A DNA stretch of 64,000 nucleotides, taken from assembly GCA_963668175.1 (NCBI GenBank), contig OY764159.1, forward strand, positions 4,256,001 through 4,320,000, given 5' to 3'. Of the stretch, positions 52,301 to 60,520 are shown in pieces. Each line of letters starts with the position of its first letter. Position 1 is the first letter of the stretch. Source of the DNA: Syntrophales bacterium (lineage in GTDB: Bacteria > Desulfobacterota > Syntrophia > Syntrophales > PHBD01). Position numbers and translations under genes: made by a program. Under the pieces are notes generated by a model. That model was given only the letters and a program-made list of their open reading frames with translations. It was not told where the DNA came from and did not search any database.

Positions 52301-53053
52301 TCAAGTCTTACTATAGGCGCAAGACTGTTTTTTCATTTTACGCATTTTATTAATTTCCAGAAGTCGATCATTCTTTTCCAAATACTTTATAATATCGATC
52401 GTCCGAAAAAAATCATTCCCGAGGCCCTTTGCCAGCTCATTCAACAAAATCAAGTCTTCCGGATAATCTACGGTAAGCCTTATGTCCGGCCTCCTCAATT
52501 CAGGAGGGGGAACCAAGTTATAAACCCTGTAATCGCCCACATGGTCCCATATATAAGTTACAACATTCTCTCGATCCTTCTGGTGCGTTGCCAGTTTCTC
52601 TACACCATGTAATGTCTCGGCAGATAGAATATGAATATTGACTCCCACCGGATAGCCTTCTTCAAAATCATTGCACACATAATCATAACGACCGGTTACA
52701 GTTATTTCGATCATTTGGTCGATGATATCGGGATCATAGAACGGGCAATCGGCCCCGGCCTGAACAATGATATCTGCGTCCAGCATTCGGGCGGCTCTTG
52801 TTACTCTGTCGAGTACATCTTCTTCACTACCTCTGTAATATGGAAATCGTTTGCGTTCACACAGGTCCGCAATCGGATCATCCGATACGCTTCCCGTTGT
52901 GGCGACGACAAATCCGTCGATCCTTTTCGTCATATTTAGACGACTAATCGTCCATTCCAACACCGATCTTCCCTGCAATGCCTGCAATACCTTGCCGGGG
53001 AATCTTGTCGAAGACATTCTGGCTTCAATTGTTGAAACTACTTTCGGGTCCAT
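52301..53053 (-). CDS. SpsF-type cytidylyltransferase (EARM variant)
   Basis: TIEARMSSTRFPGKVL, RGSEEDVL, GADCP, TVDYPED. Confidence 0.85.
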   Translation of the reverse strand: MDPKVVSTIEARMSSTRFPGKVLQALQGRSVLEWTISRLNMTKRIDGFVVATTGSVSDDPIADLCERKRFPYYRGSEEDVLDRVTRAARMLDADIIVQAGADCPFYDPDIIDQMIEITVTGRYDYVCNDFEEGYPVGVNIHILSAETLHGVEKLATHQKDRENVVTYIWDHVGDYRVYNLVPPPELRRPDIRLTVDYPEDLILLNELAKGLGNDFFRTIDIIKYLEKNDRLLEINKMRKMKKQSCAYSKT

Positions 53054-53056
53054 AAT

Positions 53057-53719
53057 TCACCTGGTTGACAAGCAAGATACGATTTTCATGACTTCAAAGG
53101 ACTCTGCATAACGTACACCTATTCGAACACCCCTTACTCGTGCAAGACTTTCAATAGCATCCCTGGTAAAGTAATCAGCAGAGGTCACGGAAGGATCCTG
53201 TTGTGATCGATATACTTGAATAGCGTCAATCTTAGCCCGCAGAGCAGCTTCATCGATTTCAAAAAATAATGTTGGGATAAAACCTTCGCCGGCATTGATT
53301 ACCTCATATGCCAGCCGCGTCCGCCGGTTGAATGCCTTCTGGGCACACCTGCACACAGTCCTGTGGTCTTGATGGACGTCATTCATGCTTGGTGTGATCA
53401 CAATATCCGGTTTGATCTTTGAGTCGATATGATACATCTCCTCGAGGATCTGCTGTCTATGTTCCGGGAAAAGCTGCCCAGGAATGCCGTCCAGAATGAA
53501 CACATTTTCCCTCTTTACGCCCAGCATCTCGGACGCAGTGTACTGTTCATTAACATCGCGTATCTCCTGTATTTCATAACGCGAATTCTTTCTGTCCCGG
53601 CTCACAACCATGATGAAAATATCGGCCTTGCCTTGCAGTGTTTTTATCAATCCACCGCATCCAAATTCAATATCGTCCATATGAGATGATATACATAGAA
53701 TTTTTTTATTATGAAACAT
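53057..53719 (-). CDS. PIG-L/LmbE-family de-N-acetylase
   Basis: SHMDDIEFGCGG, DVHQDH, YRSQ, YAESF. Confidence 0.87.
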   Translation of the reverse strand: MFHNKKILCISSHMDDIEFGCGGLIKTLQGKADIFIMVVSRDRKNSRYEIQEIRDVNEQYTASEMLGVKRENVFILDGIPGQLFPEHRQQILEEMYHIDSKIKPDIVITPSMNDVHQDHRTVCRCAQKAFNRRTRLAYEVINAGEGFIPTLFFEIDEAALRAKIDAIQVYRSQQDPSVTSADYFTRDAIESLARVRGVRIGVRYAESFEVMKIVSCLSTR

Positions 53720-54735
53720 CAGTGAAGTACACCTCGCTCATACATTTCGTCAATTATTCTGTTCATTCCATTTCCAATATCGTATTCCGACATTTGCCGA
53801 ATCATTTCCTTTCTGAGCTTTCCGTCGGTAATGAGTTTTCCTAGGCTATTCTTGACCGTTTTCCGCTCCGGCAAATATCCGTCATACAGCGCAAAACCGA
53901 GTAATCGGATCAACTGGGCCGTCTCATCTTCAAACGCTTCATTGATCATGATATACATTGGCCTCTTACAGGTGGCAATTTCCCACATGGTTGTCCCGCC
54001 GGCGGTGATTGCAATATCACAACGGCCAATCAAGTCTGCGAGGTTGCCAGGATTCCTATGCATCCTGAATACCGGCTTCTGCGACGCAATATGCTCTATT
54101 TCCTCAATCGCTTCTTCTTTGAATGCCGGACCGATAACAACGTCGACTACAAATCTTTTTCCTATCTCGCTTCTTAAACAGTACAATGCATCCATAAGAA
54201 ACGGCGTTTTGTTCGTAGTATCAGCACCGCCTTGCGTTAAGAGTATCCTCTCAACTTCACGATTAACCGATGCCTCAACAAATTGATAACTTTCGGCAAT
54301 TATGACATACTTGAAGCCCTCGTATAATGCATGATGCATCATCTGCCTTTTGATATCGTCAGGATGGTAATACATGACATTGAATATCATATCGCAATCG
54401 TAGGCGCTGACATCCGTATTATCAAAGGTAACAATTTTGATATTATGTTTCTTTAACGACCTGATATACTCAATGCTTGTTTTCATTATATCCAATATGA
54501 GCAGATCAGGCTTAAACGACTCGATAGATTCATCAATGCTCGCAAGCGTATCGCCATCTATTTGCATGAATATTAAATCGTTTCGAGACAGCAGTTTCGC
54601 AACGGTCCCATTTTTCCTGGTTACAAACATGACCTCGTGATTCAATCTCTTCAATTCTTTCGCAAGGGTCATTTGTTTTGATATATGTCCAAGTCCTCTT
54701 TCAAAACTGCCGTCCGCCCTAATCAGCACTTTCAT
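53719..54735 (-). CDS. PseG/SpsG-like nucleotide-sugar hydrolase
   Basis: IRADGS...GLGHI, LLTQGGAD, VIGP, DIAITAGGTTMWE. Confidence 0.82.
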   Translation of the reverse strand: MKVLIRADGSFERGLGHISKQMTLAKELKRLNHEVMFVTRKNGTVAKLLSRNDLIFMQIDGDTLASIDESIESFKPDLLILDIMKTSIEYIRSLKKHNIKIVTFDNTDVSAYDCDMIFNVMYYHPDDIKRQMMHHALYEGFKYVIIAESYQFVEASVNREVERILLTQGGADTTNKTPFLMDALYCLRSEIGKRFVVDVVIGPAFKEEAIEEIEHIASQKPVFRMHRNPGNLADLIGRCDIAITAGGTTMWEIATCKRPMYIMINEAFEDETAQLIRLLGFALYDGYLPERKTVKNSLGKLITDGKLRKEMIRQMSEYDIGNGMNRIIDEMYERGVLH

Positions 54736-55769
54736 AATTTGAAATGATCCCAGGTCAGAATATCGTCTTCTTCGATACTTTTCGCTATGATCCTTCCGGT
54801 AATCATATCGGCATATTTAGGCTCAATGCCCAAACCCGGCCTCTTGATATCAAAACTGTCTTTCACGATAACATCGCCGGCTTTCAGCGCTTTTTTCATG
54901 ACAATGCTTTTCCTGTTATTCATCCGCGTTATTGATTCGGAAATCGCCGGTCTCTTGATTCCGTTACCCAGCGCGATTTCAATGCTTCGGACTTTTTCCA
55001 CCATTTTCTCGAATTCTTCCGGCAACAGGGAAATGGCATGATCCGGCCCCTCGGCCCCCTTATCATAAGTGAAATGCTTCTCAATCACTCGCGCTCCCAG
55101 CACGACTGCACCGATTACGAGATCATCGTAAGGCGAGTGATCCGAGAAACCGACAGGAATCGGGTAAAATTCGTCGATCATGGTTTTGATAACGCGTAAG
55201 TTGGCCGAATCATAATCAGCCGGATAATTCGTCACACAATGCAAAAGGCAGATATCCATATTACCTGCCCGAAGAATTGTCTCGACTGCTTCTTTGACTT
55301 CACCCATTGTACTCATGCCCGTAGATAACATCACCGGCTTGTGAAGTGTCGATACTTGTTTTATAAACGGTAAGTTCGTTACGTCATCCGAACCGATTTT
55401 ATATATAGGGCAGTTCAACTTTGATAACAACTCACAGTCCGTATAATGGCTCGGTGTCGAAAATAATAGAACGTTTTTTGATTTCGCATACGCGAAGATT
55501 TCCTGCTGGATCTTATCATCAATCTGATATCTTAGAAACGACTCATACTGCGATACGTTACCCGTATATTTCATTCCATCAGCCGAAAACATCGCTTTCT
55601 TACTGGACAGGGTTGATGCTTTATATGTCTGTATTTTAACAGCATTTGCACCAGACGCCACCGCAAGATCCATAAGCTTGATGCCAGTTTCGGCATCAAG
55701 GAAATTCCCTCCAATTTCAGCTATAAAGAATGTCTTGTCGCCTAAAAGTTTATCAAAATAATTGCTCAT
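54732..55769 (-). CDS. neuB: NeuB/SpsE-family nonulosonic acid synthase
   Basis: IAEIGGNF, AVKIQ, KIGSDD, LHCVTNYP, GFSDHS, IEKHFT, GPDH, RKSIV; ATG 55769 (alt 55778). Confidence 0.92.
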   Translation of the reverse strand: MSNYFDKLLGDKTFFIAEIGGNFLDAETGIKLMDLAVASGANAVKIQTYKASTLSSKKAMFSADGMKYTGNVSQYESFLRYQIDDKIQQEIFAYAKSKNVLLFSTPSHYTDCELLSKLNCPIYKIGSDDVTNLPFIKQVSTLHKPVMLSTGMSTMGEVKEAVETILRAGNMDICLLHCVTNYPADYDSANLRVIKTMIDEFYPIPVGFSDHSPYDDLVIGAVVLGARVIEKHFTYDKGAEGPDHAISLLPEEFEKMVEKVRSIEIALGNGIKRPAISESITRMNNRKSIVMKKALKAGDVIVKDSFDIKRPGLGIEPKYADMITGRIIAKSIEEDDILTWDHFKL

Positions 55770-56478
55770 AATTGACATCCTTTAAGAAATTGACGGATTC
55801 TTTGCCGTAATTGAACAGCAGGTCGATGATGCTCATTCCTTCCAGAAAATTACCGTGAAACTGCTCATATTGCGGATGATTGAAATTCTGAAACAACACG
55901 GTAATGCCGTTTTCGGTCATCACTTTATGATCGAGATACACCTTTCCGGATTGCCCTGAGAGATAGGTATCACAGCCGCTCTTCTTGATCAGATCGACTA
56001 GCAAGTATTCTTTGGCAGAAGCCATTGCCAGCTGAGACTGAATGATGACATCCTTATTCATATCCAAATATTTCATAATGGCCAAAATCAGACATATATT
56101 GATATCGCAGAGTTTGTCCGTATTCTGGTTAATGCAGCTTTCAATCATCTCGTAGACTTCCGGAAAAAATTTCGATTTCTGATATGACATTTTCACAGAC
56201 TTCAGCAAGACGTCCTTCCAGCGCTTCTCCCCCTCACTGTTGATATCAACGTCACATATCTTTTGCCCGAATCGCCCCTTCATGAATACCGGAATCTTTA
56301 TCCATGTCCAGCCTTGCTCACTTAGAACCCGTATTTTGTTTCTGTTTTCAAAATGGTTCTTTTTGAACTGAACGTCATCCATAATGATGAACACATCCGA
56401 TTGCCACACCTTGTTAAAGAATCCCAGCCAGGGAATGAATTCCGGCTGATGGATCGTGACTATTCGTCCCTTGTTCAT
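55753..56478 (-). CDS. WbqC-family protein (putative glycyl transfer)
   Basis: IHQPEFIPWLGFF, DDVQF, NRNKI, YLSGQSG, YEQF, SIIDLLFN; ATGA overlap at 56475-56478. Confidence 0.87.
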   Translation of the reverse strand: MNKGRIVTIHQPEFIPWLGFFNKVWQSDVFIIMDDVQFKKNHFENRNKIRVLSEQGWTWIKIPVFMKGRFGQKICDVDINSEGEKRWKDVLLKSVKMSYQKSKFFPEVYEMIESCINQNTDKLCDINICLILAIMKYLDMNKDVIIQSQLAMASAKEYLLVDLIKKSGCDTYLSGQSGKVYLDHKVMTENGITVLFQNFNHPQYEQFHGNFLEGMSIIDLLFNYGKESVNFLKDVNYEQLF

Positions 56479-57152
56479 TTCAGCCTCTCCCAATATTCTA
56501 TGATGTCGTGAATGGTAATGGTCTTTATGTTATCAAAAGAATTGTAATATTTCTCAATGATACGGAAATCGTCGATTGTGTCCAGTGTAATCCGTACATC
56601 CGGCCGATTCAATTCTATCGGTGCGGATAATAGGTTAACCCGGAAATCACTCTCATTTTCCAATATGTATTCCAGGACATGCTCAAAGTGGTTCTGCTTA
56701 TAGGATAACGCATGACATCTCTCCAGTGCCTCGAACGAAACGATTTCTTCCTGCACACCAATAGGGTATCCATCGGAATATGTATAATCGGCAGTTTTTT
56801 CCATGTGACTGTCATACATGGCGTTCAGTAACTCAATGCTCGTGAGGGGATCATCCGCGGTGGCCCGAATAACCTGATCCGCATTGTATTCCTTTGCACA
56901 AAGATAATATCTCTCCAGCACATTATCCTCCGAACCGCGAAATACCTTTACGCCTGCATTTCCGGCTATCGCGCAGGTAAGATCGTCCGCCTCGGTGCTT
57001 GTAGTCGCAACAATAATGTCATCCGCACGGTCGAACATTTTCAGGCGATCAATAACATGCTCAAGCACCGTCCGGCCTTTTAATCTCATGGCAATCTTGC
57101 CGGGCAATCTCGATGAATTCATGCGGGCCTGCAGGATAATATCCGTCTTCAT
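56475..57152 (-). CDS. SpsF-type cytidylyltransferase (QARM variant)
   Basis: ILQARMNSSRLPGK, RGSEDNVLERY, RATADDP, EHV, TLDTIDD. Confidence 0.85.
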   Translation of the reverse strand: MKTDIILQARMNSSRLPGKIAMRLKGRTVLEHVIDRLKMFDRADDIIVATTSTEADDLTCAIAGNAGVKVFRGSEDNVLERYYLCAKEYNADQVIRATADDPLTSIELLNAMYDSHMEKTADYTYSDGYPIGVQEEIVSFEALERCHALSYKQNHFEHVLEYILENESDFRVNLLSAPIELNRPDVRITLDTIDDFRIIEKYYNSFDNIKTITIHDIIEYWERLK

Positions 57153-58234
57153 TATTCACCAATAATTTGAGACCTGTTCTTGTAGTTTTCTATCAGTACT
57201 CTTCTTCCCTTGACATCGGCCTCTTCGTATTCCCTCACGCGCGGTATCTGACATGTCCGGCACGTATAATATTTTTTCAATGCATTGCAGGACGTATGAT
57301 ACTCTCTGATTTCCTCCATCCGTTTGCCGCGCCATAATTCGGATATAGTCATCCCATTTGCATCTCCGATATCCATTTCCCCAAGTTGATCATTGGCGCA
57401 CATCAAGACCTTTCCGTCTGAGGCGATGACAAGGCGCTGAAAAGGTTGATAACAGACGAAGTCGGACATGTATTCTATCTTTTCCGGGTCATCGCAGGAT
57501 AGATAATCCACCAGGGGATTCGTATAAATCAGATCGGATAACGGTGTGAAATAATCAATATAGGCATCAATATTTTGCTTCACGGCAGGCCATATGCCTT
57601 GAATCTTTATTGCCGGTTTCTGATAATTCAACTCCTTCCTGACCCCCATCAGGTTATTCATAGCCCGCATGATCCCTTTGAATGTAACCGGTTTCCTTAT
57701 GCCTTCATATACCGCGTCGACACCGTCAATGGACACGGTAATCCAATCCAGTCCGGCCGTAATCATACTCTTGCAGAAATCTCTGTCTAACAGTTTCTTC
57801 CCGTTCGTTAATGTGGAGACCTCTTTTATGCCTTTCTCTTTTGCGTATTTAATACAATCAATGAACCGCTTGTGAAGGAGTGCTTCTCCCCTCAGGCTTA
57901 AACGAATTGAGAAAACATTACCATCAACACATTCATTTACGATTTTTTTGAAGAGTTCATAGTCCATAAAACCGACGTTTACCCGGGATTTGAAGTCCTC
58001 GGTAATCGTATAACACATGGGACAGCGTAGATTACATATTGAAGAAAGCTCTATATCGACATGAAGTGGATAATCTGAGACGAACCGGCGATCCGGAAAT
58101 TCCTGCCATTCCGCCCGATTCCGCCGATACGCTTCTTCGTTACCGAAGGCCCTTCTCTGGTTGAAGAGGATTTCCCGTTCTTCCGTGTCTATGCTTTGCT
58201 GAACATTGTTTACTTTAAGCTTATCTTTCGCCAT
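57152..58234 (-). CDS. Radical SAM protein with SPASM/Twitch domain
   Basis: CNLRCPMC, GEALLH, TNG, SIDG; C-terminal CYQPF...DGKVLMC...CRTC. Confidence 0.88.
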   Translation of the reverse strand: MAKDKLKVNNVQQSIDTEEREILFNQRRAFGNEEAYRRNRAEWQEFPDRRFVSDYPLHVDIELSSICNLRCPMCYTITEDFKSRVNVGFMDYELFKKIVNECVDGNVFSIRLSLRGEALLHKRFIDCIKYAKEKGIKEVSTLTNGKKLLDRDFCKSMITAGLDWITVSIDGVDAVYEGIRKPVTFKGIMRAMNNLMGVRKELNYQKPAIKIQGIWPAVKQNIDAYIDYFTPLSDLIYTNPLVDYLSCDDPEKIEYMSDFVCYQPFQRLVIASDGKVLMCANDQLGEMDIGDANGMTISELWRGKRMEEIREYHTSCNALKKYYTCRTCQIPRVREYEEADVKGRRVLIENYKNRSQIIGE

Positions 58235-58240
58235 ATCTCA

Positions 58241-59248
58241 TTATTTACACTGGATGCTCTTTCCATTTTGTTTTCCAGATTCGCGGATCATGTCCAAAAT
58301 GGCTATATCCCTTATCGCTTCTTTTGCAAAATCACTCAATCCAACTTTCCCGGCCAGCACACTATCTAATACGTTTCTGAACATATAATTCATGGCAAAG
58401 CTCATGTTTCCCGGAATCGACTCTGGCGCACCCAAGGATCTGAACCCGGGATAAATTGGATATTCTTCAACATGCTGAATAAAGATATCAAAGCCGTTAT
58501 TTTGTATTTTTAATCTTCCTTTTGAACACAGAATGTCTATCTCAAAAATACTGTAACAATATCCATCTTTGTCGCACGCCTGAACTACCGCTTGACATGC
58601 ATTGTCGAAACCCAATATAAAGTCAACGGATTGATCGGAATCATCCGATACGGCGGGCTCCCCCGGAATCGCCGCGACCCACTCCACTTCGCCCAACAAC
58701 ATCCGTAACGTATCGATCATGGTGCAGCCTATATGAAGAAGGCCTTTAACGTAATAAGCAGAGACGGCTTGTATTCTTCCTAATGAACCGCTTCTCAGCA
58801 TCTCGGCGATTTTGAGGTGCGACGGTTCCACTCTTCTCTGATTATTGACCGTAATAAAAACTCTGCTGTTTTCCGCTAGCCTCTCAAGATCGAGGCATTC
58901 TTGCAGCGTCACGGCAAAAGGTTTTTCCACGATCACGGCTTTCAGTTTTCCGGGGCTTCGGAGTATTTGTTTAAGAATAGGGTAATGTGTGTTGTCGGGC
59001 GTACAGATACTGATAGCGTCGAGACTGTCATGGGATAAGAGTTCTTCAATATTATTATAAACGACTTCAACTCCCCAGAAGGCACGGAAAGCCTTAAGCC
59101 GCTCTTCATTTACATCACATGCTGCAACGAGCTCAAATCCATCTAAGGATTTATAAGCTCCTGCATGTGAATATACTCCTTCCTTCTTCTTCTCTTCATC
59201 CTGTTTAGACCCAATCGCCCCTAGTCCGATTATGCCGCCACGTAACAA
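58241..59248 (-). CDS. Gfo/Idh/MocA-family oxidoreductase (same subtype as 22770..23780)
   Basis: IIGLGAIG, YSHAGAY, ICTPD, IVEKP, VNNQRR. Confidence 0.88.
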   Translation of the reverse strand: MLRGGIIGLGAIGSKQDEEKKKEGVYSHAGAYKSLDGFELVAACDVNEERLKAFRAFWGVEVVYNNIEELLSHDSLDAISICTPDNTHYPILKQILRSPGKLKAVIVEKPFAVTLQECLDLERLAENSRVFITVNNQRRVEPSHLKIAEMLRSGSLGRIQAVSAYYVKGLLHIGCTMIDTLRMLLGEVEWVAAIPGEPAVSDDSDQSVDFILGFDNACQAVVQACDKDGYCYSIFEIDILCSKGRLKIQNNGFDIFIQHVEEYPIYPGFRSLGAPESIPGNMSFAMNYMFRNVLDSVLAGKVGLSDFAKEAIRDIAILDMIRESGKQNGKSIQCK

Positions 59249-59291
59249 GTTTAATCCGTTCCCTTCCTGATCTTAAATGAAAATATAAGGA

Positions 59292-60518
59292 TTAATGTTT
59301 CGCTTCTAATAAATCACCGATCAACTTCATACAATTGTCTAAGCCGGTCCCTGCAATTATATTCCCAAAGTAACGCATTCTGTTTTCTTCGATCATCTTT
59401 TTTGTGTGTCCATCTTCAAGCATACTCTTTACGCATTTTTCCAGATCGCTGTAACTTGTCGCCTCCAGACAGACATTGAATCGATACAACGGTATTGGAT
59501 TGGCTATTCCCATAAGATTGAGTTGAATGAGCGGTGTTCCCATTAATATTGATTCAAGCCCAACCGTGGAATAAATCGTAATTGCAATATCAGATACGAA
59601 AATTATCTTCCTTACCGGAATATTTGATAATACTACTCTTGGATGATTTCTCTTTCTCAAAAAATCTATATAAGGCCGGTCGTCGTCACCAGGATGATTC
59701 TTCACAACTAGATAGTGTTCAGGATATCGTTCGAGCAATGCAATCATCATATCAATCATCGCCCACGTGCAGTCCTTTTGCGGTTGTGTTGCCAATAAGA
59801 ATACCTTTGCGTTAGCCGGTAGAGATAACTCCCTGAGAATAGTACCCCGGTCGAATTCCTTCATTTCGTTTGTGATAAGATCAAATACGGGAGATCCTGT
59901 TACTACAATATTGTCAGGAGGATTCCCCTGATTAATCAGATTTTCACGGGTAATTTCGCTAATCACGGCAATCTTGTCAGCCGGAAATATATATTTCTTA
60001 TCAAAACCCAATAAATCATTCAGGCTCAATACTTTGATGCCGTCTTTTCTTGCTACGGTCATTGCCGCTCTTTCCATTCGAGGACAATTGCCGGTAACCA
60101 GCAGATCGGGCTTTTCATAATCCAGAATCCGCCCCATCGTAAATGACGGGATGAAACAATTTTTACCTTCTGTTTCAAGCAGTCGCAAGGCGCGCTCTTC
60201 TCCTTCACTTTGGGCGAGATCGCGCATCGATGATCCGAAGTAGACCACCGTCTCTTCGTACTTTATGCCCTTGCCTTCCACGTGATTCTTTTCTGCCAAT
60301 CTCTTACCAAGAACCCACGCCTTGTCGTCCATGATGATATCTCTGTAATCCAAGAGGGTATGGTGGTTTATACCAGCATTCCGCAAGGCCTCCGAAGCAA
60401 TTGAAAGCGCAAGAATTGACAAGGTTATGTCGTCTTTTTTTTGCAGCTCCTTTATGATGGGTATCATGATATTCACATGACCACCACCGTATGTAACCAC
60501 GAATATCTTTTTCTTCAC
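59292..60518 (-). CDS. GT-B-like protein (NeuC/TagF-like features)
   Basis: TYGGGHV, NIVVTGSP, VKNHPG, SDIAITIYSTVGLESILMG; GTG 60518 or 60527. Confidence 0.55.
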   Translation of the reverse strand: MKKKIFVVTYGGGHVNIMIPIIKELQKKDDITLSILALSIASEALRNAGINHHTLLDYRDIIMDDKAWVLGKRLAEKNHVEGKGIKYEETVVYFGSSMRDLAQSEGEERALRLLETEGKNCFIPSFTMGRILDYEKPDLLVTGNCPRMERAAMTVARKDGIKVLSLNDLLGFDKKYIFPADKIAVISEITRENLINQGNPPDNIVVTGSPVFDLITNEMKEFDRGTILRELSLPANAKVFLLATQPQKDCTWAMIDMMIALLERYPEHYLVVKNHPGDDDRPYIDFLRKRNHPRVVLSNIPVRKIIFVSDIAITIYSTVGLESILMGTPLIQLNLMGIANPIPLYRFNVCLEATSYSDLEKCVKSMLEDGHTKKMIEENRMRYFGNIIAGTGLDNCMKLIGDLLEAKH

Positions 60519-60520
60519 TC

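Noticed and set aside
23777..57152. Phosphonate pathway as an explanation for the extra cytidylyltransferases
   Set aside because: No PEP mutase or phosphonopyruvate decarboxylase motifs recognised in the window
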